NCBI RefSeq assembly: GCF_001194135.2
Contig: NC_068985.1
Span: 76,146,963 to 76,210,962 of the forward strand
DNA length: 64,000 bases
Direction: 5' to 3'
Source: Octopus bimaculoides
Taxonomy: Eukaryota
The notes under the pieces were generated by a model. It saw nothing but the letters and a program-made list of their open reading frames with translations, was not told where the DNA came from and did no database searches. This document shows positions 37,701 to 51,179 of this stretch, one piece after another. A program made the translations under genes and the position numbers. The number at the start of each line of letters is the position of its first letter. The stretch's first letter is position 1.

Positions 37701-39876
37701 TGAACACTCATATGACATGCTCAACAAGAGAGTGCATCATTATGTTTCTTCAAACTGATTGACAATGACGGCACCATGGAAGTTTGGTTGATTGACTTCT
37801 GTAGGCAAGAAACATCCCATTAATTCAACAATTCTTTCTTTCTTTCTCACGATAACCATACTTCCTCTCTTTCTACATTAGTAACGTCCTTATCAATAAC
37901 TTACTCGGCCCCGCCTCCATTACATAGATACAATTATAAGTTCAAACATGTTATATCTAGGACTGTAAAATATGATGCATCTTTTATTTATGCCAGTAGG
38001 AGTGTTATCTGAGAAAGTATTGTTGGTTGCTATTTCTTGCAGTGTGAATGACTTCAGTCAGGTTGCATCATTGGTTTGTAAAGTGTAGCAATGTTTATTT
38101 CTATCCTGAAATAATGTTGCACCTACTGGATAGGTTGGTGAGGAACTCGTTCAACAGTCTTCCTCGTGGATTACCATAATGTGTTATCCAATGAAAACAT
38201 TCCTCAATTACACAGTGGCACTTTCTGCAGCTAGTAATATTGGGCAAATTCTATTTTACATCTAAATAATAAGGACAATTATATACCTTGACCTGGAACA
38301 GTGCAAAACACCAGTGCTGAGTTTCTTTCCCTCGATTCTCCTAACAACATCTTAGCTATATGTGATTCACCACATTATTTTTACTAAAATATATCAATAC
38401 AAATAGGAAATTATATGAGGGGTATCGAAAAGTTCCCGGACTAGTTATGTTTAATAAAAAATAACTTTTTTTACCTAGGTTTTTACATGAGCTCCTTCAA
38501 AATAGTCACTTTGCTCACTGATCCCAGTGTTCCTGCCACTTTTGGAATCTGGTCTGGAAGTCGTTTTCCATAAGCAAGTTGAGGACCTTCTGCAATTTGC
38601 TCTAGATCTTGACAGCAGTGTTAAAACAATGACCTTTGAGCTGCAATTTCATCTTGGAGAAGAGACGGGAGCTTACAGGTGCTAAATCTGGTGATAGGCG
38701 GGGATGTAGAAGTGATACTATGTTGATTTTGCAAGAAACTCATGAATGAGGAGAGCTTGGTGACAGGGTGCATTGTCATCATGAAGAATCCAATTCTTTG
38801 TGCTCCACAGATCCGGTTGTTTTCACTGAATGTCCTCCCCAGATGCTTCAATATGTTGCGGTAGAGCTCTCGACTGATGATCTGGCCCTGGGGGATGAAT
38901 TCCTGATACACAATACCACATTTTCAGGAGTGACACTTGTGGCAGGTCTTCCAGATTGCTCATTGTCTTCTGCTTTTCAAGCACCCATGCCACTTGGAAC
39001 AGTATGTTCGACCCTTTGCCTCATCACCATTAGTTTGCTAAAGCATGCTCAATGACTCTGTATCAGAATTCTCGAGTTTAACGCAAAATTTCACATTGAC
39101 TCTTTGTTCCAACTTCCTGTCCATGACAAAAATTGCAGACTACAGCAGACACATAATCACAAAAACACAAATTTCCCAGCTTGTGATGTAAACACTGTGA
39201 TGTCACTTGGCACACAACAGAACTAGTCCGCAAATGTTTTGATACCACCTCATGCATATGTCAGTATTGATATGGATATTGGGCCTTGTGCCTAGAATAG
39301 AAAAGAGTGTTGATATGGATATGAATGAATTTATTTCATGTGTTATGAAATATTGGTTTCAGATTTTGGCAAAAGGCCAGCAATTTTTGGGGAGGGTGTA
39401 AGTTAATTACATCAACTCTAATATTCCACTGGTACTTATTTTATCGACCCTTAAAGGATGAAGGTAAAGATGACCTCAGCTGAATTTTATCTTAGAACAT
39501 AAAGACAGACAAAATGCTGTTAAGCATTTTATCTGGCATACTAACAGCTCTGCTAGCTCACCATCTCTGAGTTATAAAATATTCACACCATTTTTACTCC
39601 ATAATCATACACATTACCCATTTCAAAGTATTGTAAATCTTTGCTATATGATGGATGCTCCCTGCACCCAATTATTGCTATTTATCTGCAAATATTCACT
39701 GAGCTGTTGAAGACTTGTCATTCTCTGGTAATAAGACATCAATGTTGAATGTTTTTTTTTATCTCTGATAACATTTTAAATAAAACTACATCAGGTAGAG
39801 CCACCACATTAGTTAATCATTTCAACTCTACTTACAAGCACACATGCACACAAAACAAATCTCTTCTTCCAAATTT

Positions 39877-39929
<53 letters not shown>

Positions 39930-42900
39930 ATTCCCCACAATGTACTTACATACATAATGCTATACAAAATTTTTCAAGGCCCTTTAAAATATTATTGTGG
40001 ATCCCAAATTTACTATTTTGATGTGTGGACCCTGGTTGGGAAACACTGGTCTATATCAAAACTTTTATACCATAGTAACATTTCCTTTTTCAATGTATTT
40101 TCCTAGTAAATTTATGGATTACATTATTTACAGTCTTCCTTTTTCAGTAAGAAAAGATGCAAAAGCCGGTGATGCTGAAGGCAAGAGTTCTGGTACAAGA
40201 GAGAGTGTTACTGCTAGCAGTTTGAAAGGTGTTGCTGGAGAGCGGATTCTGAAAGCTATTCACAAAGTAGAAGAAATTAAACAAAGAAGAATTAAAAGAA
40301 AAGAACAGGTGAGTTTGGAAGTAAAATTCCTGAGCAAGATTCTCAAGACTTTCTTTTCCATAATTTTATGTCTGCAAGCAATTGCAGCAGCTGTATCAAA
40401 TATCCAACTATTTAATTAGTTCAAGTTTTTCTGCAAACCTATGAAAGGTAAGGTATCAGAATGTACAGTCCAGTGCCCAGCCTTTAATGAAAATCTTCAC
40501 TCTTTCTGGCCTATTGTGCCATTTGATCCAGATATTGGTCCCAATTTATTCTGTTTCATTGCCAGTATACAAAAATAACCCAAAGGCAACTGTTTATTAA
40601 TATCTTACACATTTGTGAGGGTTTATACAGCAATGAAATATCTAATGAGTTTATTTACAGTGTCATTTACATTAAGAGATTTGCTTTGTAAAACCTAGAA
40701 GGAAGAGTGCAGTTATCATAAAACATATTTGATTTCTTTCATAGATTGCCAGTGCTGCCAAACTGGCTCCTGTGCAGGTGGTACATAAAATACACCATTT
40801 TGAGCGTGGCTGTTGCCAGTACCACCTGACTGGCCTTTGTGCGGGTGACACGTAAAAGCACCTACTACACTCTCGGAGTGGTTGGCATTAGGAAGGGCAT
40901 CCAGCTGTAGAAACTCTGCCAAATTAGATTGGAGCCTGGTATAGACATCTGGTTGCACCAGTCCTCAGTCAAATCGTCCAACCCATGCTAGCATGGAAAG
41001 CGGACATTAAACGACGACGATGATGATGATGATGATGATGATTCATAGTTTCATATTAGTTTATTGAATTCAAATTAATTCTTCTTGGAATCAGTATAAT
41101 CCTGATGCAAGGTAAAACTCTTTAAAATATCTAGTAGTTTGCTATGTCTGGTACTTTGTCCATGCAGCCATCATCAAGATGATCATAAATAATTTTAATA
41201 TATTTTAAATGATCAAAGAAAAATCTACATTAGTTCTTTCATATTACTTGTTGCCAGTGGGATAAACTTTACAATGAAAAACCAGCTGATGACTATGAAG
41301 ATCCAAATGATTTGGCTGCAATTAAAGAAGCCAAAGAAAACATGGGTGATTATAAATTAAAAACTGCTGAAGATTATGTTGTTCCAGACCTTTTGAGGAT
41401 GAATACAAACAAAGCTAGGCTCAAACTCTTCCAGCTTGTTGAACATGTAAGTAACTTTAACCCTTTTGACACCAACTTACCCAATATTGCCCTTGGTTCT
41501 ATGATAGAAACTTATCTTTTTAAAGTGATCTAAATCAAAGCCTATCAAATTTACATATTAATCTACGAGGTGGTGTTAAGAGGTTCCTGGAATACTTACG
41601 TTTAATAAAAAAGTAACTTATCTTCAAAATAGTTACCTTGTGTAGCAATACACCAGTCCCAGCATTCTTGCAACTTTTGGAATCTGGTCTGGAAGTCGTT
41701 TTTCATAAGCAAGTTGAGGACTTTTTGCGATTCACTCTTGATTTCGACAACAGAGTTAAAACGGTAACCTTTGAGCTCCATCTTTATCATGGGGAAGATA
41801 TGGAAGTCTGCAGGAGCTAAATCTTGTAAATAGGGTATGTCCAGAAGTGACACCATGTTGTTCTTGGCAAAAAACTCACGAGTGAGGAGAGATCAGTGAT
41901 AAGGTGCATTGTTGTCATGAAGAATCCAATTCTTCGCGCTCCACAGATCCGGTTGTTTTCACTGAATGTCCCCCCTCAAACACTTCAAAACATCACAATA
42001 GAGCTCTTGATTGATCATCTAGCTCTGGGGAACAAATTCTTGATACACAATACCACAGATGTTGAAAAAAATGAGGAGCGTGCTCTTGATTGATCTGTGG
42101 CTCTGTTGTGCCACTTTTGAAATGTCCATGCCACTCAAAAACATTGCATGCAACCCATTGCTGTGTCACTGTATGCCCAATGTCTCTGTAGTAGACTTCC
42201 CAAGTTTAACACAAAATTTCATGTTGGTTCTTTGTTCCAACTTCCTGTCCATGACAAAAGTCACAGACTACAGTATACACATGATCACAAGAAACACAAA
42301 TTTCACAACTTGCAAAGCAAGCAATGATGTCACTTGGCACACTGTCTCATGAAAGTCACTGCTAGCTCTCAATGTGCATGCAACCATGTGCTGCCATCTG
42401 TTGGCGCATTACAGAACTAGTCTGGGAACTTTTTGATACCATCAAACACCAGCTTATTAGTGAAAGTCATTTTACTAAATTCTTCATTATCTTAAAATTA
42501 ATTGAAACTTGCAGTTCTAAAGACTAATTCTATATCATTATACATCTTAATTACCTGACATCTACAAGGCTTAAAATTTTCAAATGATTCACTAAATACT
42601 TCACTCAATAGCTGTCTTTTGACAACAACCATATTTTTAACAAGACAATAACATAACTGAATACACACATACACACACACTCACACACACACATTTATAT
42701 GTGTGTGTGCACGTGTGTGTGTGTGTGTGTGTATTTGTCTCCCACATCTGCTTGACAACCAGTGTTAGTTTGTTTATGCACCCTTAACTTAGCTCTTTGG
42801 CAAAGGAGTTCGATAGAATAAATGCCAGACTTTTAAAAAAAGTAGCAGGGTTAATTTGTTGAACTAAAACTCCTTAAGATTGCTCTGGCAGAATCACAGT

Positions 42901-44791
42901 TCACTGATTAAAACAAATAAAAGATAGAATTATTCAGTAAGTTATTTGGTCTGTTTCAAAACTGTTCCGCTTTTCTTCCTATTTTATTTCAGATATCTCA
43001 ATACATATCGGATTTCAATGAGAAAGTTCTAGAGTTACGCAATGAGAAAAAGAAACTAGTCGATATAATAGCATCCCTGCATGATGAGATTAGTAGCATT
43101 CAGAGCAATATGCCAGAAGAACTAAGAATATATCTCCTTGATCCACCAAAAATGGTACTAGAAGAGACCCCTGAACAGTAATATGGCTTTTGTTTCAATT
43201 AATTGTTTTATTTATTATTTTTGACTAGGCCAAATTTTCTAAGCAATTGAATTGTATAAGTATTTTAATTATTGACCTTTGATTTTAATTAGATTAGATT
43301 GGATTGACCTTGAGGAAGGGATTGTGTTGATGATCTCCTTGGGTCCTTGATATGGTTAATGTTATGCTCAAAATAGTTGTAAATTGACTGCTCTAGAAGA
43401 ATCATGTGCTGGGAGGGAATTCCAGAAGGCCAACATTCTGAGAAAGAAAGTACTGAGAATGGTGATTTGTTCAAAGAAATCAGACGAATAACTAAAATAA
43501 TTGTTGAACAGGACACCAGTGTGTTCTAGGGTTAATGTTCAGTGACATTTAGTATGCATTTAGCAACTGGTACTCTGTTGGTTATAATGACAAGGGGTCC
43601 AGTTGATCCGATCAATGGAACAGCCTGCTCGTGAAATTAAAGTGCAAGTGGCTGAGTACTCCACAAAAATGCATACCCTTAATGTAGTTCTCAGGAAGAT
43701 TCAGCATGATGCAGAATGTGACAAGGCTGGCTCTTTCAAATACAGGTACAACACATTTTTACCAGCTGAGCAGACTGGGGCAACGGGAAATAAGGTATCT
43801 TGCTCAAAGACACAACATGCCACTGGGAATTGAACTTACGACCTTACAAATGTGAGTCAATTACCCTAACCACTAAGCCATGCACCTTCACAGTACTCAT
43901 TTATAACTGAGTGGACTAAAGCAATGTGAAATGAAGTGCCTTGTTCAAGGACACAGTACACCATCTCGTTCACAAATGAATTTTACAATTATGAGTCCAC
44001 TATCTTACTCACTTGGCCATGTACCTTCTCAGTATAGTGTATCTAGGGTTACACTATCTAATGTGCCAATTTCTTTTTTAACTCAGTAACCTTGTGATAT
44101 GCAAGAAATTTGGCTGACTTTTCATGGTAGTAGAGTAACCCTGTTGCTTAAAGATTTAACACAGGAGTTACTAGTCCATGCAAACATTTTGAGGTGAATA
44201 CTGGAAAAGATAACAAGGAAATATAGATAATTAGCAACTGCACAAAATTAGCTCCTGGTTGATTGTTCAACTAAAATAATGTTTTTTATTTTTTTGTTAC
44301 TTTACCCCTACTCCCATCTCCACCTCCATGTTTTTCCCTGCAAAACATTCAAAGGGGACATTTGTAAAACACTGTTTGATAACAGGTGACTCTGAGTTAC
44401 AAAATGTTGAGAATCACTAATCGAAAGCAAAATCTCACTAGATGATAGGGTTTTGACTGGGTGAGACTAACAACGTCATTTTACTTTCTGGTTAGTGGTA
44501 GAAATAAAAACTTGGATTGAGAAAAAGACTTAAAGAGATATATTTCTAGGAGAAGTACGGACTTTACTTTATTGAAGAATGACTAAGGAAAAATACCTTT
44601 GGATGATTGCTGCATGAAAACTAAAAAATTAAGTGAGGTGCTAGTATAAAAGAAATTTCATTAATCAAAATAGCACTTGTCTTAGTGATAAGAACAATTT
44701 TATTTGAATGACTAATTCTGGTCCAGAAAGGCAGGGAAGGCAACCCCTGAATTTTCAGTCATCATTATCATCGTTGTCGTCGCCGTCATCG

Positions 44792-44827
<36 letters not shown>

Positions 44828-44843
44828 CCATCATCACCATCAC

Positions 44844-44900
<57 letters not shown>

Positions 44901-45452
44901 TTTAATCCCCACTCTACCATGCTTTGCCAAAATTCATTGAGGCCAATTTCCTATGGTCAGATGCTCTTTCTGTCATCAATCCACTCCTGTCTCCAAGCAA
45001 ATAATATTTCTCTTACTCCTTTGAATTGAAACAGCACCACAGCCAATCATGTTTTTACATTATTTACATTTTGACGGATTTTGTCCTCATCTTGTTTGTT
45101 GTTAACGCATTCCTTAAAGTATTTTTCGATGTTGTGACCTGAATAATAATGACAACGACGACGACGAGGATGAGGAGAACCCAGGTTCGAAATTTCCCCA
45201 AGACACCTGATGAAGGCTGGAGGGTATATCAGTCGAAACGTTGTGTTAACAACAAACAAGATGAGGGCAAATATCCATCAAACTGTAAATAATGTAAATA
45301 ATGTACATAATTCGTCATCTCTTAAATATTGAACTGTAGAATCATGTTTTTGTGAAAAATTGCAACAAACAACACTGCTAGAATGATGGTGACATTTGTT
45401 TGCAATTAGGACAAAATGTTAAGGCAAGGAAACACAAATACATATACATATG

Positions 45453-45494
<42 letters not shown>

Positions 45495-47846
45495 CAGGCT
45501 TCTTTTAGTTTTAATTGACTAAATCAGCTCATAAGGCTTTTGTTGGTTCAATAAAAGACACTCACTGAAAATACTGCACAATGGGCATGAACTTAAAATC
45601 ATATGATTACAAAATAAACTTTTTAACCACACAACTATGTCTGTGCCTGCCCATCCACATGAAGTGAGGAATACCATGAGAACTGAGTCCAATCTTTGGC
45701 TGTCCAGTACATGTTTGCACTTGTTTCAGTTTCTTTAGACCTAACCAGCCAAGCATAACTGTGCAATAAGACATTTGTCCTTGGTTAGCAACTGTTATTT
45801 CCTATTTGCTTACTCCTAGAAAGGGGAAAAAAGAAAGCTGAACAGTAGGCAAAATGTACAGTGCTTTCCTTTCTATCTACTAACTGACCAAGTGAAGGCG
45901 CGTGGCTTAGTGGTTAGGGCATTCGGCTCACGATTGTAAGGTCGTGAGTTCAATTACCAGCGACACATTGTGTCCTTGAGCAAGACACTTTATTTCACAT
46001 TGCTCCAGTCCACTCAGCTGGCAAAAATGAGTAGTACCTGTATGTCAAAGGGCCGGCTTTGTCACACTGTGTCACGCTAAATCTCCCTGAGAACTACGTT
46101 AGGGGTACACGTGCCTGTGGATTGCTCAGTCACTTGCACGTTAATTTCACAGGCAAGCTGTTCCATTGATCGTATCAGCTGGGACCCTTGTCGTCATAAC
46201 CGATGGACTAACTGACCTTCAACTTTTATATCAAAGTAGTAAGCTGTCTAAGTTGTTAGAGCATCTGATAGAATGCCTCACAGAATTTGTTCTGACTCTC
46301 ATTCCAACCATAACCATTCTCTCTTTCTGTATCATTCTCTGATATGTTCTGAGATTTTTTTAAAACAGTCAGATATGATATGGAGAAGATCTCACTGGTT
46401 TTACTAGCTGGCAATAACAGCAGTTGGCAAAAGTAGAAGTGGGTGCTGAGATAAAGGCAAGAGTAGGTAAAGGGTTGCAACAGGGGTTATTCAGAGAGGA
46501 ATGGGAGTGTTGGCTGGCAACACAGCATAGCGAAGTTAAAGTGTATTGGATAGAGGATGATGGTAGCCTAATGCAACTTCTTATATACTACTGAAAGGCA
46601 AGTGAGCAGTGATGAAGAGGATGTGTTCAACAACAGGTGGGAAGGACATGATAGATGGAGTGCTCTTAGGCAAAAGGGAAGGTGGGAGCAGAGATCATTA
46701 GGTAGAGAGAAGGAGGTGGAGCAAGGATGCTAGGTGAAGTGAAACAAACAAAGGCCTGGCTAGATAGAGGGCAGCAAATGTAGGCTTAAAAGGACCACAT
46801 TATGGGGTGACAGTAGATTTTCATGATAGAGTACTGGAATAACAGGTGATTACTAGACTAAGCTACTATCTTTTATATTTTCTATTTTTTCAGTTTCTTT
46901 TATTTTTTAGTTTATATTTTAATTCAGCACTGTACAATCTCTTCTACGTCCAACATTATTAGCTCCTTATATTGAATAATCAGATAGAATTAATTACACT
47001 AACACGATTTTTATTCTTGGGAATCAACTATTATTTCCTATATGCTTACTTCTAGAAAGGTTGAAAAAAAGCTAATATTTCTTTCAAACTTTGCTTGTGT
47101 TACATCCATTCAACCCCCAAAGAATCCCTCACAACACATGACTGCAATGCTCCCCCACTATTCCTGCTCATGCTCAGAGATATACATATTGTCAGTCACT
47201 AAAGGTCATGCTCAAGTGGTTAAGATCAAGAAACTGACAAGGAAATCTTTGATGTTGAGCAGAATATTCGCTATAATGATATTTCTGCTTCAGCAATTCA
47301 GCGCTGAATCTGTCTGAAGCATAATGAAAAATAGGTCAGTTTCAAACACTGATGTCCAGGTTACAAAATCCAAGTTTGAAGGAAATAGTAGTCATTTCCT
47401 TTGATTTCTAGATAGAAGTAAACAGGAAATAACACTTACTGACTAATGACAAAAAATAAATAAAAAAACTTGTTACACAGTGTAATCTAACCATAAATTT
47501 TGTAGTTTATATTGTAGAATGGAGGAGAAAAACAGTAATAAAAAAGAAAAAAAGAGGTAGCAACTACAAAGTGTTAGTAAGGGGCAGGANNNNNNNNNNN
47601 NNNNNNNNNNNNNNNNNNNNNNNNNNNNNNNNNNNNNNNNNNNNNNNNNNNNNNNNNNNNNNNNNNNNNNNNNNNNNNNNNNNNNNNNNNNNNNNNNNNN
47701 NNNNNNNNNNNNNNNNNNNNNNNNNNNNNNNNNNNNNNNNNNNNNNNNNNNNNNNNNNNNNNNNNNNNNNNNNNNNNNNNNNNNNNNNNNNNNNNNNNNN
47801 NNNNNNNNNNNNNNNNNNNNNNNNNNNNNNNNNNNNNNNNNNNNNN

Positions 47847-47903
<57 letters not shown>

Positions 47904-50900
47904 GTCTTGTTTAATATAACAGTTTATCTGTTTATATGCTCCATATATCAAATTGGCAGATGATCAGAAGAATAATTTCTCTGAATATTTTTTGCGGACT
48001 ACCATGATGACAAAAGACAAAGGCATTATCATCATGGCTGGGAACTTCAGTGGTTGGATTCTATGGCATGCTTGGAGGTTATGGCTTTGGTTCCAAAAAT
48101 GAGGAGGGTCAAAGCTGCTGGAGTTTTATGATATAATGACTTACTGGTTTGCAATATAAACTTTGGGAAACCTGCCAGCCATTTCATCACTTATCAATCT
48201 GGTGGGCTCACTAGCCAGATTGACTTCATTCTCAACAGAAACCTGGACAGGCAATTGCTTGTAAATGCAAAATCCTTCTGTGATGAATGTGCAATTCAAC
48301 GTAGCTTAGCAGTTAACGACTTAGACTTAGGGCCTGAAGGACCCAGAGATACAAACCACTTTGGAAAATGAGGTTACTGGAGATAAGGAATCCTTCAAAC
48401 GGGCAGAAATTTAGAGATGTTCTCAATGAAGCATTTGATGAGAAGGAGGAAAAAACAGAGACATATGACATAGAGGCCAACTGGAAGTTCTTACTGGATA
48501 ATCTACTGAGGGCAATAGATTAAATATGTGGTTGGAGCAGAGGTTCTGCAAGATCAAGTGTAACATGTTAGTGGAACAGTGAGGTTGACAGAATTATGAA
48601 AGGGAAGAGACAGGTTTGGAAAGAGTATAAAAGTGGGGGTAATGAAGAAGTATATCAGATAGCTAAAAGGGAAGTTAGGGATCTGATTTATCTAGTTAAG
48701 GCAAAAAAAAAAGAAAGGAAGAGGTTTGCCAATGTCTTGCAGCATGAAGATCAGAGACTTAAGGTGTTCCAGATTGCTGGACTGTGTGCCAGAGAGTATC
48801 GAGGTATTGTGAGAGATAAGTATGTATGGATGGATAATGATATGCTTGCACTTAGTGAATCTGAAAAGAAAGAGGTGTGGAAGAGTGACTGTGAAAGGCT
48901 ATTAAATGTGGAGGGTGAATATGAGAAAGGGAGCAGCCCCCATGTGAACCCAACAGAGGGACCAGCTTCTTAGTAGACAGCAGTAAGGCAATTAAAGATA
49001 TGAAGACAGGGAAAGCCCCTGGTCCATCAGCAGTCACTGCTGAGGTGCTTAAAATATCTGGTAGAGTAGGATATGGTCTAATCACCTGTATAGTAAATCA
49101 GGTCGTTCCGGAAGGCATAATCCCAGTGACTGGCATAGCATCATCATGATCAATAAGGTAAAAGAGATGCCTTAGATAGAATTAATTATAGAGGCATCAA
49201 ATTACTAGCCATGGAGGCGCAATGACCCAGTGGCTAGGGTAGCGGACTCGCAGTTGGACGATCGCAGTTTCGATTCCCAGACTGGGCGTTGTGTGTGTTT
49301 ATTGAGTGAAAACACCTAAAAGCTCCATGAGGCTCCGGCAGGGGGTGATGGCGGCCCCTGTTGTACTCTTTCGCCCTAACTTTCTCTCATTCTTTCTTCC
49401 TGTTTCTTGAGTAACGCTACAATGGACTGGCGTCCTGTCCAGCTGGTGGGGGGACACATACGCCATAGAAACCGGGAAAACGGGCCCATGAGCCTGACTA
49501 GGCTTTAAAAGGGCGCATAAATAAAAAAAAAAAAAATTACTAGCCCAGGTGATGAAAGTTATGGGGAGAGTTATAGACCAATTAATTATAAGCAGAATTA
49601 AAACTATATGAAATGCAGTTTGGCTTTTGCTGTGGTGAAACACTGCTGATGTTATTATCAAAGTCAGGCAACTTCAGGGGAAGTATTCAGCTGAGAATAA
49701 GCTGTTATACTTAGCCTTTGTTGATCTGAGGAAAGCCTTTGACAGAGTACCTCACTCCATGATATGGTGGTCTCTGTGGAAGGTAGGGGTATACAAATGG
49801 CTTGTGAAAGCAGTATACGCCATATATACAAGAGTGCTGTTAGTAAGATAAAAGTTAGTCATGAGTACAATAACGAATTTAAAGTACGGGTAGTTGTTCA
49901 CCAATTCTTGACCCTCGTCCCCCTTCTATCTATCCTTTTCCTCCAGGCCGTAGCAGTAAAGACCAAGGTCCTAGTAAGCAAGAAATTCAACCTGAACACT
50001 CATATGTACCAGATAACACTGTAACAAAATGTTTTTTTTTTTNNNNNNNNNNTATGTACCAGATAACACTGTAACAAAATGTTTTTTTTTGGGGGGGGGG
50101 GTTGTATTTTTGGTAAAAAAGTGTTATTTCCTATTTGATTCAATCTAGAAACCATAGAAAATGACTACTATTCCCTTCAAACATTGCTTTTGTAACCTGG
50201 ACATCAGTGTTTTGAAACTGACCTATTTTCCATAACATTTCAGATAAATTCGGCGCTGAGTTGCTGAAGCAAAAATATCGTTATAACACATATTCTGCTC
50301 AATACCACAGATTTCCTTGTCACTTGCTTGACCTTAATCACTTGCATATGTCCCTTAGTGTCTGATAATATGTGCATCTCTGATCATGAGCAAGAATAGT
50401 GGAGGAGCATTATAGTCATATTTTGATAGGGATTCTTTGGGGTTTGAATGAATGTAACAAAAGCAAAGTTTGAAAGAAATATTGGCCATTTTTCATATTT
50501 TCTTGGGGTAAACAAATAGGAAATAATAGTTGCTACTAAGGACAAAAAGTTGTGTTACAAAGTCTTATCTTAAGTCATTTGACATATTATTATCCAGAAC
50601 TTATATGAAACTGCTGGAGCTTTTGTTTCACGTTGTTAATGTGTTGCAATATCTATGTTTAATAATATTCAAACATTTGTCCTTCTCAAATATACTTATT
50701 TCTACTTATTTTCAATAGGAAATATGACTTCGAAACAGAGGATTTGTTATATTTTAAGAACAAGTTACTTAGTATGGACAACAGCCTAGTATTGGGGTTA
50801 AAAGAACGAATGCTACAGGAGCTAGAGACACCACCAACTAATGTTCCTCCCCCAAAGGTATCTGTAATCAACTACTACAAACACTTTGTGTAAATATATA

Positions 50901-51148
50901 TGTATCTTTTATCTTTTATTTGTTTCAGTCATTAGACCGTGGCTAAGCTGGAGCACCACTTTGAAGAATATTTTAGTTGAGTGAATCATTCCCAGTACTT
51001 ATTCTATTGGTGTCTTTTGCCAAATTGCTAAATTACAGGGACATAAACACACCAACATCAGTTCTGAAATGGTAGTGAAGACAAATACAGTCACAAAGAC
51101 ACACATATGCACACGCACGCACACACACACACACACACATGTATATAT

Positions 51149-51179
<31 letters not shown>

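Noticed and set aside
44708-44930. Poly-Ser/poly-Met ORFs, and poly-CV/HT/YI ORFs elsewhere
   Set aside because: Translations of (CAT)n, (CA)n and (TA)n microsatellites.
45895-45965. tRNA genes (also 49211, 29437, 16110-16186)
   Set aside because: A/B boxes are present but there is no complete cloverleaf or acceptor stem, and each continues into a SINE body.
50003-50090. Direct duplication tatgtaccagataacactgtaacaaaatgtttttttt on both sides of a 10-N gap
   Set aside because: Typical unmerged contig overlap, not a biological tandem repeat.
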